Assembly (NCBI GenBank): GCA_040380795.1
Contig: JBEIIN010000001.1
Span: 1-36,822, forward strand
DNA: 36,822 bases
DNA from: Sediminibacterium sp.
GTDB lineage: Bacteria > Bacteroidota > Bacteroidia > Chitinophagales > Chitinophagaceae
Reading direction: 5' to 3'
The position numbers and the translations under genes were made by a program. Positions 17,935 to 27,391 of this stretch are shown here, piece by piece (within the stretch, counting starts at the first letter, position 1; each line of letters starts with the position of its first letter). The notes beneath the pieces were generated by a model. The model worked only from the letters and a program-made list of their open reading frames with translations. It was not told the DNA's origin and did no database searches.

Positions 17935-18708
17935 ATGATTGAAATACAAAATATTAGCAAAAAGTTTGGCGATAAGGTTGTCATTGAAGATATCAGCGCC
18001 CAATTTAAACCTGGCATATGTAATTTAATTATTGGTTCAAGCGGAAGTGGTAAAACTGTTTTAGTAAAATGTATTGTCGATTTACTAAAAGCCGACAAAG
18101 GTGAGATACTATTTGATAAAATGCTTTTGTCTAAAATGGATAAAGATGAAAGAAAAGATTTAAGACAAAACCTAGGTATGCTATTTCAGGGGAATGCCTT
18201 ATTCGATTCTTTAACGGTGGAAGACAATGTGAAATTCCCATTAGATATGTTTTCTACCTTAAGCGTTGAGGAGAAAAAAATAAAAGTAAACGAAATTTTA
18301 GCCCGGGTAAAATTAGAGGGTGTAAATAATAAATTTCCTGCTGAATTAAGTGGGGGTATGAAAAAAAGAGTAGGATTAGCGCGTGCCTTGGTGATGAAGC
18401 CTAAGTATTTATTTTGCGATGAACCTAATTCAGGCTTAGATCCTCAGACATCGATGGTTATTGATAAACTCATTGAAGAGCTAACAGTTGAATTCAATAT
18501 CACTACCATTGTAGTTACCCATGATATGAATAGTGTAATGGAAATTGGCAATCATATTATTTATTTACACCAAGGCAAGAAAGAATGGGAAGGTTCCAAT
18601 AAAGACATTATATATAGCGAAAACAAACTACTCAATAATTTTATATTTGCCTCTGAGTTCTTACAAGATGCCAAGGCTATGAGAATGCAATCCACACAAA
18701 AAAAATAA
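17935..18708 (+). CDS. mlaF: MlaF/Ttg2A-like ABC transporter ATPase
   Basis: Motifs GSSGSGKT, LFQGNALFDSLTV, LSGGMKKRVGLARA, DEPNSGLDP and VTHD. Confidence 0.85.
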   Translation: MIEIQNISKKFGDKVVIEDISAQFKPGICNLIIGSSGSGKTVLVKCIVDLLKADKGEILFDKMLLSKMDKDERKDLRQNLGMLFQGNALFDSLTVEDNVKFPLDMFSTLSVEEKKIKVNEILARVKLEGVNNKFPAELSGGMKKRVGLARALVMKPKYLFCDEPNSGLDPQTSMVIDKLIEELTVEFNITTIVVTHDMNSVMEIGNHIIYLHQGKKEWEGSNKDIIYSENKLLNNFIFASEFLQDAKAMRMQSTQKK

Positions 18709-18713
18709 AATCT

Positions 18714-19214
18714 ATGAAATACATCTTAGCCACCTTATTTAGTTTTTTACTTATTGGTCAATTAGCGGCGCAATTAACTGGTGATCCAGGCGCCCCCTAT
18801 TTAAAGAATAATAAAATACCTCCTTTCTCTATTACTTCAGTGGATGGCAAAGAGATTACGAATAAGCAAATGCCCATTTATCCTTTTACTTGTATAATTA
18901 TTTTTAGCCCCGACTGCCCTCATTGTGAAAAAGAGGCAGGCGACATTAATAAGTATGCCGATAAGTTTAAAAACGTACTCTTTATTTGGGATAGCTACCG
19001 TGATATGGAGTCTATCAAGAAATTTGCTGCAAAGTATAATTTAGTGGGCAAGCCCAATGTAATTATCGGCCGTGACCCTAGTTTTACCCTACCCACTTTT
19101 TACCGCCCAAGAATGACCCCCTTTATGGCCCTATACAAAAAAGGGGTATTGTTAAAAGTATATGAAGAAGGGGCAGATGTTTTCGAATTGATTAAAATAA
19201 TAGAAGGTAAATAA
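18714..19214 (+). CDS. Exported thioredoxin-fold protein (TlpA/ResA-like)
   Basis: Signal peptide, FSPDCPHC motif and a cis-Pro-like TP motif. Confidence 0.8.
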   Translation: MKYILATLFSFLLIGQLAAQLTGDPGAPYLKNNKIPPFSITSVDGKEITNKQMPIYPFTCIIIFSPDCPHCEKEAGDINKYADKFKNVLFIWDSYRDMESIKKFAAKYNLVGKPNVIIGRDPSFTLPTFYRPRMTPFMALYKKGVLLKVYEEGADVFELIKIIEGK

Positions 19215-19215
19215 C

Positions 19216-19223
19216 TAACTTTG
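19216..19223 (+). promoter_or_regulatory. -7 promoter box (TAACTTTG) for mdh
   Basis: TAnnTTTG match 39 nt upstream of the ATG. Confidence 0.6.
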
Positions 19224-19262
19224 TCCCGTAAAAATAAAACACTTAAATAAAAATTATATTAT

Positions 19263-20192
19263 ATGAAAGTTACCGTAGTGGGTGCAGGAGCAGTTGGAGC
19301 AACTTGCGCAGACAATATTGCCCGCAAAGAATTAGCCCAAGAATTAGTCTTATTAGATATTAAAGAAGGATTTGCAGAAGGCAAGGCACAGGACATGATG
19401 CAGACCGCAGCTTTATTAGGATTTGATACAAAAATTAGTGGAAGCACCAATGATTATAGTAAAACAGCAAATTCAGATGTAGTGGTTATTACCTCTGGTT
19501 TACCTCGTAAGCCAGGTATGACACGTGAGGAATTAATTGGCACGAATGCAGGTATCGTAAAAGGTGTTTGTGAGAATATATTAAAGCATTCTCCCAATGC
19601 TATTATTATTGTTATTAGTAACCCAATGGATACGATGACTTACTTAGCATTACAATCTACTGGTTTACCTAAAAATAGAATTATTGGAATGGGTGGTACT
19701 TTAGATAGCGCTCGTTTCAAATATCAATTAAGCACTGCTTTAGATTGCAGCCCTGCTGACTTAAACGCCATTGTAGTAGGTGGACACGGTGATACGACTA
19801 TGATTCCTTTAATTAAGCACGCTACTTGGAATAGCATTCCGGTTACTAAATTTTTAGACGCAGCAGCACAAGAAAAAATTGTAAACGATACCATGGTGGG
19901 TGGTGCTACACTCACTAAATTATTAGGTACATCCGCTTGGTATGCACCAGGTGCAGCAGGAGCAGCCCTTGTAGAAAGTATTGTAAGAGATGAGAAAAAA
20001 TTATTTACTTGTTGCGTAAGCTTGAATGGCGAATATGGACAAAAAGATATTTGTTTAGGTGTTCCTGTAGTAATTGGCAAGAATGGTTGGGAGAAAATTG
20101 TTGCCATGGATTTATCTGCTGATGAGCAAGCCGCCTTTAATAAAAGTGCCGATGCAGTGAGAAGTATGAATGATGTTTTAAAAACATTGTAA
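19263..20192 (+). CDS. mdh: Malate dehydrogenase (LDH-like)
   Basis: Motifs GAGAVG, PRKPGMTREEL, ISNPMD, LDSAR and GGHGD. Confidence 0.97.
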   Translation: MKVTVVGAGAVGATCADNIARKELAQELVLLDIKEGFAEGKAQDMMQTAALLGFDTKISGSTNDYSKTANSDVVVITSGLPRKPGMTREELIGTNAGIVKGVCENILKHSPNAIIIVISNPMDTMTYLALQSTGLPKNRIIGMGGTLDSARFKYQLSTALDCSPADLNAIVVGGHGDTTMIPLIKHATWNSIPVTKFLDAAAQEKIVNDTMVGGATLTKLLGTSAWYAPGAAGAALVESIVRDEKKLFTCCVSLNGEYGQKDICLGVPVVIGKNGWEKIVAMDLSADEQAAFNKSADAVRSMNDVLKTL

Positions 20193-20247
20193 TTAAATCA
20201 GAATATAGACAGCGCAATAATCGCAATTCAATAGTTATTAATTATAC

Positions 20248-20281
20248 AAAAGCCTTCTACTTCATAGTAGGGGGCTTTTTT
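20248..20281. terminator. Bidirectional intrinsic terminator between the convergent mdh and GT9 genes
   Basis: AAAAGCCTTCTACT-TCAT-AGTAGGGGGCTTTTTT, a stem with G-U pairs flanked by A and T tracts. Confidence 0.8.
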
Positions 20282-20331
20282 AGTTTTATGAATTGTAGAA
20301 TAATTAATTAAATGGTAAGCTATAAAGTAGA

Positions 20332-21327
20332 TTAAGAGATTTTAAAATACTCATTTGCCTTGGCTGCAATGATATTAATATTTTGTAGTTGCATACAAGC
20401 AAAATGGCCTTGAGGACATTTACTCTCCCCTTGTTTAGAACAAGGCTGGCAATTTAAGTTAGGGACTAATGAATTATAATGAGGGGTAATAGACACTGCT
20501 GGATAATAAGCTTCGAATTGTAAGGCAGGACTAGTCGCACCCCATATAGTAATAGTAGGTTTATTAAAGGCAGCAGCTACATGCAAAAAACCAGTATCAT
20601 GTGAAACTACCACTTGGGCCATTTGAATAATACTGGCCGACTCTTTCAAGTCATACTTACCAGCAGCATTGTATATAAAATTGGGCACAGCACTGGCAAT
20701 TGCAGCAGCAAACGTAATATCTTCTTTCCCACCAATAAGTACAATGGGTTTATTTATTTGCTTAGCTAGTTCAATCCATTTTTGAACAGGCATTTTTTTA
20801 TTTAAATAAGAAGCGCCAATTACAAAGGCTACAAAACCTGCCAAATGACTGGTGGGCAAATTAGCTGCTTTAAAACTATAGTCCTTAGGGAAAAAATAAT
20901 CTAGGCCCTTGCCGTCACTTATGACGTTGAAATGCTGAAGAGCGTCGATATACCTATCGCATACATGGGTCTTGGGTAAAAAGTTAAGTTGCAGTTTAGC
21001 AAGTAACCATTTTTGAAGACTCAATTTCTTATAAGAAAAAGCGGGAACCCCTATAGCTTTTTTAATTTTCCAGGTTCTAATATTATGATGTAAGTCAATA
21101 ATATAATCGAAGGTTATTTCTTTTAAAGCAGCAATTGTCTCTTCAATATTATTATCCAAAAAATGACATTGATCAATATTGGGATTGCCTATCACCAAAT
21201 CCTTCATAGAAAGCTTGGTTAAAAAATGTATTTCAACACCCGGTATTTGATTTTTAGCACAGCGAAGCGCCGGCGTGGTTAAAACAATATCACCAATAGA
21301 AGAAAAACGTATAAATAATAAACGCAT
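20332..21327 (-). CDS. Glycosyltransferase family 9 (WaaF-like)
   Basis: Motifs IRFSSIGDIVLTTP, HDTGFLHVAAA, WGAT and CQPCSK...CP.GHF.CM. Confidence 0.92.
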   Translation of the reverse strand: MRLLFIRFSSIGDIVLTTPALRCAKNQIPGVEIHFLTKLSMKDLVIGNPNIDQCHFLDNNIEETIAALKEITFDYIIDLHHNIRTWKIKKAIGVPAFSYKKLSLQKWLLAKLQLNFLPKTHVCDRYIDALQHFNVISDGKGLDYFFPKDYSFKAANLPTSHLAGFVAFVIGASYLNKKMPVQKWIELAKQINKPIVLIGGKEDITFAAAIASAVPNFIYNAAGKYDLKESASIIQMAQVVVSHDTGFLHVAAAFNKPTITIWGATSPALQFEAYYPAVSITPHYNSLVPNLNCQPCSKQGESKCPQGHFACMQLQNINIIAAKANEYFKIS

Positions 21328-21339
21328 ACTCTTGAATAA

Positions 21340-22590
21340 CTATGGAAGTGGGGTATCTTGTTCTAGATAATCTAAATCCTTGTGGTAAGTTTCTTCTGTA
21401 AATATAAAAGCAATAAGGGTAATGATCATTACGGTAGCGCCTGTAAAAATACCACTTTGTACAATGGTCCAACCCATTTGCTTTTGTAATATATCTAAGA
21501 ATAAAAAATTAATTAAAGGCAGTGCCCCTCTTACCATATTAGGTATGGTAGTGGCGGCGGTGGCTCTTAAGTTCGTACCAAACTGTTCTGCTGCCATGGT
21601 ATTAAAAATAGCCCAGTAGCCCGTACTAAAACCTAAGAATCCGCAAATGGCATACATTCTATCGTCGGTATTGTTGAAACTGCTAAAAAACAAAACCATA
21701 CCTATAACGCTTAAGCCATAAAATAATAATAAGGCTTTTTTTCTACTTTTAAAATATTGACTCACATAGCCAATTAATAAATCTCCCACTGCAATACCTA
21801 TATAGGCAAACATCACCGACTTACCTGAGTCAATTAAATTCTCGCCATATAAAGTAGCAGCAAACTTATTACTATAGTTAATCATCACTCCAATAACAAA
21901 CCAAGTAGGAAGTCCAATTAAAATAGCCTTAATGTATTTTGAAAAGCGTTTATAAGTACGAAAGAATAATAAAAAATTTCCTTTGGAAATATTAGCAAGC
22001 TTAGCCGACTCAAACATAAAGGACTCTGCTACTTTAACGCGTAATATTAAAAGACAAAAACCAAGCACCCCTCCTATTTGATAACATAATCTCCAGTCCG
22101 CAGTAACTTTAAATGTAAAATAAGCAAAGACAGCACCAAACAAACCAATACCTGCTACTAATGAAGTGCCAATGCCCCTTTTATTCTTAGGTAACATTTC
22201 AGAAACCAGTGTAATGCCCGCACCTAATTCCCCGGCTAAACCAATGCCACCTAAAAAACGACAATAAGCATATTGGTCGACAGTTTGAACAAAGGATGTT
22301 AAAATATTAGCTGTTGAATAAAGTATAATGGATCCAAACAAAACCTTCAGCCTTCCTTTTTTATCACCTAATACACCCCATAAAATACCCCCAATTAATA
22401 AACCCGACATTTGCCAGTTTATAATATGCGCACTATCTACAATAATAGTTTCTGCAGTGGCGCCTAAACTCATTACACTAGGCTGTCTTACAATGGTAAA
22501 TAAAAGCAAATCGTAAACGTCTACAAAATAACCTAGGGCCGCCACTAAAACAGGCAGTGATAATATTCCTATTTGTTTATCTGAGCTCAT
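21340..22590 (-). CDS. MFS transporter
   Basis: About 12 TM segments; motifs GVLGDKKGR, AGELGAGITLVSE and AEQFGTNLRAT. Confidence 0.92.
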   Translation of the reverse strand: MSSDKQIGILSLPVLVAALGYFVDVYDLLLFTIVRQPSVMSLGATAETIIVDSAHIINWQMSGLLIGGILWGVLGDKKGRLKVLFGSIILYSTANILTSFVQTVDQYAYCRFLGGIGLAGELGAGITLVSEMLPKNKRGIGTSLVAGIGLFGAVFAYFTFKVTADWRLCYQIGGVLGFCLLILRVKVAESFMFESAKLANISKGNFLLFFRTYKRFSKYIKAILIGLPTWFVIGVMINYSNKFAATLYGENLIDSGKSVMFAYIGIAVGDLLIGYVSQYFKSRKKALLLFYGLSVIGMVLFFSSFNNTDDRMYAICGFLGFSTGYWAIFNTMAAEQFGTNLRATAATTIPNMVRGALPLINFLFLDILQKQMGWTIVQSGIFTGATVMIITLIAFIFTEETYHKDLDYLEQDTPLP

Positions 22591-22617
22591 ACGCTTTTAA
22601 TTTTATTGCCTACTGCT

Positions 22618-23289
22618 TTACTTTTGAGCCCTATGCTTTATGACTTGAAAAATAACTGGAGCAGTTGTGACAAAAACAATGACTATTACAATGACTTCTA
22701 AATGCTTTTTTAAATCGAACTGAAATTGATCGAGTACATAGGCTTGTAAAAAATGTCCGGCACAAAGCATAGAAGCTACCCAGGCCAAGCAACCCACCAC
22801 ATTAAAATAAGTAAACTTAGCCTTGTCCATTTTAACAATGCCTGCCACAATGGGGGCAAATGTTCTAACAATAGGAATGAACCTAGCAATAACTATAGCA
22901 CGCCCTCCATGCTTTTCATAAAAATCCTGTGCTTGTACTAAATACTTTTTCTTAAAAAATATATTTTCTTTCCAGTCATACATGGCAGGACCTACTTTAT
23001 TACCAATTTGATAGCCCACATAATTACCTAAAATACCCGCCGCTGAAATAAAAGAAAATATAATAAATAAATTAAGCCATTCATTATCGCTTACAAAAAT
23101 TTGTGAGGCCAAGGGTGCACTATAAATACCCGCTACAAAAAGTAAACTATCTCCAGGTAAGAAAAAACCAAAGAACAAACCGGTTTCTGCAAACACCACA
23201 AATAATAATAGCCAAAGCCCTCCGTTTTCAATATAATATTGAGGTTGTAATAATTGGCTCCAATGAAAGGCGTCTAATAAAGTAATCAT
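22618..23289 (-). CDS. DedA family membrane protein
   Basis: Motifs FAETGLFFGFFLPGDSLLF and ARFIPIVRTFAP. Confidence 0.94.
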   Translation of the reverse strand: MITLLDAFHWSQLLQPQYYIENGGLWLLLFVVFAETGLFFGFFLPGDSLLFVAGIYSAPLASQIFVSDNEWLNLFIIFSFISAAGILGNYVGYQIGNKVGPAMYDWKENIFFKKKYLVQAQDFYEKHGGRAIVIARFIPIVRTFAPIVAGIVKMDKAKFTYFNVVGCLAWVASMLCAGHFLQAYVLDQFQFDLKKHLEVIVIVIVFVTTAPVIFQVIKHRAQK

Positions 23290-23300
23290 TAATAAAATAT

Positions 23301-24548
23301 TTAAGCTTCTGCAGGATTTTCAAGTGCACCTTCCCATTTACTTACCACCGTGGTGGCTAAGCTGTTACCAAGTACATTAGTAGTGGAACGGAACATATCG
23401 CAGAAATGGTCGATAGGTAAAATTAAAGCAATGCCTTCTGGAGGAATATTAAACATAGCACAGGTAGCAGTCACTACGATTAAAGAAGCACGCGGCACGC
23501 CTGCTATGCCTTTGCTCGTTAACATTAACACTAGTAGCATAGTTAACTGTGTGGCAATATCTATGTGTACACCATAGGCTTGGGCAATGGCCATACTTGC
23601 AAAAGTCATATACATCATACTTCCATCTAAATTAAAAGAATATCCTAGTGGAAGAATAAAAGAAACAATTTTGTCTTTACAACCAAAGCGCACTAACTCT
23701 TCAGATAATTTAGGAAATACTGCCTCACTACTAGTCGTACTAAAAGCAATGACGAGTGGCGTTGTAATATGTTTTAATAAAGAAGGGAGTCTTTTACCTA
23801 AAACTAAAAATCCAATCCCTAATAAGAAAATCCAGAGTACGCCAATACCTATTAAAAAGAATAGTAAATATTTACCATAAAAAGCAAAAATGGCTAAGCC
23901 CTTACTTGCAATAACAGCAGCAATAGCGCCAAAAACACCTAGTGGCGCAAAGTTCATCACATAGCCCACCATTTTTAAAATAATATGTGAAACAGTTTCA
24001 AGTGCTTTGATAAAACCTTTAGCTGCATCTCCAATAGCAGCAGCAGCAACACCAAAAAATATACTAAATATAACTATCTGTAATATTTCATTATTAGCCA
24101 TGGCCTCAAACATACTTTTTGGAAAAACATGTTCCACAAAATTGATTAAACTAAAGGACTTCGTGTTACCCAGTAAATCTTTAGCACCGCTTGTATCTGC
24201 ATTGCTTAGTGCTATGCCTTCTCCTGGTTTAAAAATGTTTACAAGCACTAGGCCTATTAACAAACTCACAAGTGATGCAGTAATAAACCATAACATGGCT
24301 TTACCACCCACACGACCTACTGTTTTTAAGTCACCTAATTTGGCAATACCCACCACCAAAGTGCTAAACACAAGTGGGGCAATAATCATTTGCACTAAGC
24401 GCAAGAAAATGGTGGTTAATAATTTGCTGTTTTTTGAAAATGCAGCAATAGTTTGTTCATTATAATTTTCATGTATATAATAGCCTAGAATAGCCCCAGC
24501 AATCATGGCAATGACAATGTAAATAGTAAGTTTATTCGATTTTTTCAT
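23301..24548 (-). CDS. Dicarboxylate/amino acid:cation symporter (GltP/DctA family)
   Basis: Motifs FSTTSSE, GYSFNLDG and SKGIAGVPRAS. Confidence 0.93.
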   Translation of the reverse strand: MKKSNKLTIYIVIAMIAGAILGYYIHENYNEQTIAAFSKNSKLLTTIFLRLVQMIIAPLVFSTLVVGIAKLGDLKTVGRVGGKAMLWFITASLVSLLIGLVLVNIFKPGEGIALSNADTSGAKDLLGNTKSFSLINFVEHVFPKSMFEAMANNEILQIVIFSIFFGVAAAAIGDAAKGFIKALETVSHIILKMVGYVMNFAPLGVFGAIAAVIASKGLAIFAFYGKYLLFFLIGIGVLWIFLLGIGFLVLGKRLPSLLKHITTPLVIAFSTTSSEAVFPKLSEELVRFGCKDKIVSFILPLGYSFNLDGSMMYMTFASMAIAQAYGVHIDIATQLTMLLVLMLTSKGIAGVPRASLIVVTATCAMFNIPPEGIALILPIDHFCDMFRSTTNVLGNSLATTVVSKWEGALENPAEA

Positions 24549-24692
24549 GCAATAGTAATTACTGCAATATAAGACTTAAGTAGTAAAAAAATAAGCAAAA
24601 AAAAGGGTCATTTTCCATGCAATTATAGCCAGGTTTTGCAAAAAAAGTGCTATTTTCCAAGATAAATTGAAACCACAACAAACCAATTATTT

Positions 24693-26186
24693 ATGAGTTT
24701 ATTTAGAAAGAAAGATTTGTCCGCCATGTTAGCACAGGCAGATGATGGTGGCAAAGGATTAAAACGCACTTTAGGCGCTGGTAATTTAATTGCCTTAGGC
24801 GTGGGAGCCATCATTGGAGCAGGCTTATTTGTAAGAACTGCCGCTGCCGCTGGACAAGCTGCAGGACCTGGCGTTACTTTATCCTTTATAGTAGCAGCCG
24901 TAGGTTGCGCTTTTGCAGGTTTATGTTATGCAGAATTTGCTGCCATGATTCCTATTTCTGGTAGTGCTTACGCATACTCTTATGTAACCATGGGTGAAAC
25001 AGTAGCCTGGATTATTGGATGGGCATTAATTATGGAATATGCATTAGGTGCTGCCACAGTATCTATTGCTTGGAGTGAATATTTAAACAAGCTGCTGGGA
25101 GGAGCCATACCTTATGAATGGAGCCACTCCCCGCTCGAAAGTGTCACCGATTCAGCTGGCGTTCTTCATCATGGTTTTATGAATGCGCCCGCACTAGTAA
25201 TATTATTATTGTTAACCTTATTATTAATTAAAGGAACACAAGAGTCTGCTATAGTCAATGCAATTATTGTATTTATTAAAGTAGCCATTGTTGTGTTGTT
25301 TATTATTTTAGGTTGGCAGTTTATTCGTCCAGAAAATCATACCCCTTATTTAATTCCTGCCAACCAACCACCAGTGATTGATGCCTCTGGTAAAGTTATT
25401 GCAGACTACTCTAGCGTATTCAAACATGGCTGGGGTGGTGTATTAGGTGGCGCGGCTATTGTGTTTTTTGCTTTTATTGGTTTTGATGCAGTATCTACAG
25501 CAGCACAAGAAGCAAAAAATCCTAAAAGAGATATGCCAATTGGTATTTTAGGTTCATTAGTGGTATGTACTATTTTATACATTTTATTTGGTCACGTATT
25601 AACAGGCGTAGCGCCATGGACCGATTTCGTGGATCCTTTAAAAGGTCGTGAAGCTTCTGTTGCTTATGCAATATCAACTTATATGACAGGCTATGGCTGG
25701 TTAGCCACTGCAGTAACAGTCGCTATTTTAGCAGGATTTAGTTCTGTTATTTTAGTAATGTTAATGGGTCAATCACGCGTATTCTATTCAATGGCCAATG
25801 ACGGATTACTTCCAAAAGTATTCTCTGATTTACATCCTAAGTTTAGAACGCCGTATAAATCTAACTGGATCTTATTTATTTTCGTTGGAGGATTTGCCGC
25901 ATTCGTACCAGGTAATGTAGCAGGTGATTTAACCTCTTTTGGTACGCTATTTGCCTTCGTACTAGTGAGTTTAGGTATTTGGATATTAAGACGTAAATCA
26001 CCAGATATGGATCGTCCATTTAAAACTCCATTCGTGCCAGTAGTTCCCATTTTAGGAGCGGTTATCTGCTTAGCGATGATCTTTGCCTTAGATGCGCAAA
26101 CATTGAAAGTAGCCTTCGCATGGATGGCGCTGGGCCTAGCGGTTTACTTCATTTATAGTCGTAAACATAGTAAATTGAATGATTAA
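24693..26186 (+). CDS. APC-family amino acid permease
   Basis: Motifs GAIIGAG, GSAYAY and FIGFDAVSTAAQEAKNP. Confidence 0.94.
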   Translation: MSLFRKKDLSAMLAQADDGGKGLKRTLGAGNLIALGVGAIIGAGLFVRTAAAAGQAAGPGVTLSFIVAAVGCAFAGLCYAEFAAMIPISGSAYAYSYVTMGETVAWIIGWALIMEYALGAATVSIAWSEYLNKLLGGAIPYEWSHSPLESVTDSAGVLHHGFMNAPALVILLLLTLLLIKGTQESAIVNAIIVFIKVAIVVLFIILGWQFIRPENHTPYLIPANQPPVIDASGKVIADYSSVFKHGWGGVLGGAAIVFFAFIGFDAVSTAAQEAKNPKRDMPIGILGSLVVCTILYILFGHVLTGVAPWTDFVDPLKGREASVAYAISTYMTGYGWLATAVTVAILAGFSSVILVMLMGQSRVFYSMANDGLLPKVFSDLHPKFRTPYKSNWILFIFVGGFAAFVPGNVAGDLTSFGTLFAFVLVSLGIWILRRKSPDMDRPFKTPFVPVVPILGAVICLAMIFALDAQTLKVAFAWMALGLAVYFIYSRKHSKLND

Positions 26187-26207
26187 TTTTATTTCAGCAT
26201 AAATTAG

Positions 26208-26243
26208 AAAAGTCCTCTCGATTACTCGGGGGGACTTTTTTTT
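26208..26243 (+). terminator. Intrinsic terminator after the amino acid permease
   Basis: AAAAGTCCTCTCGA-TTAC-TCGGGGGGAC followed by T8. Confidence 0.85.
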
Positions 26244-26245
26244 CT

Positions 26246-26253
26246 TATTTTTG
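26246..26253 (+). promoter_or_regulatory. -7 promoter box (TATTTTTG) for yebC
   Basis: TAnnTTTG match immediately after the terminator and 21 nt before the ATG at 26275. Confidence 0.55.
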
Positions 26254-26274
26254 CAACTCTTAATACATACAACT

Positions 26275-26997
26275 ATGGGAAGGATATTTGAAGTTAGAAA
26301 AGCCACGATGTTCAAAAGATTTGATCGTATGGCAAAGCAGTTTACCCGCATTGGTAAAGAAATAGTCATTGCTGTAAAAGCAAGTGGCCCTAACCCAGAT
26401 GATAACCCTGCCTTAAGAAGATGTTACCAGAATGCAAGAAGTGTGGGTATGCCCAAGGATCGTGTGGAAGCGGCTATTAAAAGAGCCATGGGAAAAGATA
26501 CTAGTAACTATGAGGAAATTTTATACGAAGGCTATGCCCCACATGGTGTGGCTTTATTAGTAGAAACTGCTACCGACAATCATGTAAGAACTGTAGCCAA
26601 TGTAAAAAGTCATTTTAATAAAGGACAAGGCAATTTAGGTAATTCAGGAAGTGTAAGTTTTCAATTTAAAAAAATGGGTGTGTTTAATTTAAAACCAGAT
26701 GGTTTAAATATGGACGACCTTGAATTAGATTTAATTGATCACGGCCTAGATGAATTAGGAGAAAGTAATGATGATAATGGAAATGCAATTATTGTAATTC
26801 GTTGCGCCTTCACCGACTTTGGAAACTTACAAAAAGCTTTAGAAGATAAAAATATTCAACCCATTAGTGCAGAACTAGAGTGGATTCCTACTACCACCGT
26901 ACCTGTAACGGATGAGCAAGCAGAAGATATTAGTAAATTAATTGAACGCTTGGAAGAAGATGAAGATGTAAACAAAGTATTCCATAATATGGGGTAG
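26275..26997 (+). CDS. yebC: YebC/PmpR (TACO1) family protein
   Basis: Bacteroidota-type start MGRIFEVRK; motifs [21 protein letters not shown] and [10 protein letters not shown]. Confidence 0.95.
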   Translation: MGRIFEVRKATMFKRFDRMAKQFTRIGKEIVIAVKASGPNPDDNPALRRCYQNARSVGMPKDRVEAAIKRAMGKDTSNYEEILYEGYAPHGVALLVETATDNHVRTVANVKSHFNKGQGNLGNSGSVSFQFKKMGVFNLKPDGLNMDDLELDLIDHGLDELGESNDDNGNAIIVIRCAFTDFGNLQKALEDKNIQPISAELEWIPTTTVPVTDEQAEDISKLIERLEEDEDVNKVFHNMG

Positions 26998-27000
26998 GTA

Positions 27001-27047
27001 GATTTACGTCACTTTTTATTTTTAAAATCAAAAAAGTGACGTAAATC
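27001..27047. repeat. 47-bp inverted repeat with perfect 17-bp arms
   Basis: GATTTACGTCACTTTTT (27001-27017) and AAAAAGTGACGTAAATC (27031-27047). Confidence 0.9.
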
Positions 27048-27092
27048 CCTCTTATGATTTTTTTCAAAAAATTATAAATTTTTCGAAATTCT

Positions 27093-27356
27093 ATGCGAAT
27101 TATACATACCCTATTATTAGCAGGCTTTCTTTTACCAATAATAAAAGATACTATCCAATTGAAGCCCAACTATTATAGTCTTAGTGCAGATTTAAAATTG
27201 GCGCCCAATTACTATACCTCCAAAACAGGATTTTTTTGCAACACAGAAAGGTTATTGGAAAAAAGAACAAAGCTAGCTGTAAAATTTAGATTGGGATCGG
27301 TAGAACAAACGCAGAAATTAGAAGGCTATAATTTATCTAAAAACACGCAGTATTAG
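27093..27356 (+). CDS. Small hypothetical protein, probably exported (87 aa)
   Basis: Hydrophobic N-terminus. The motif YY...GFFC..E..LEK.TK...KFRLGS......LEG resembles a small hypothetical family I recall from Chitinophagales. It fills an otherwise empty gap. Confidence 0.65.
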   Translation: MRIIHTLLLAGFLLPIIKDTIQLKPNYYSLSADLKLAPNYYTSKTGFFCNTERLLEKRTKLAVKFRLGSVEQTQKLEGYNLSKNTQY

Positions 27357-27391
27357 ATTAGATTTTCTTAGTATCAATAGCTTAGTCTAAG

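Noticed and set aside
20332-20460. Cys cluster at the GT9 C-terminus
   Set aside because: A common feature of WaaF-like proteins, so not novel.
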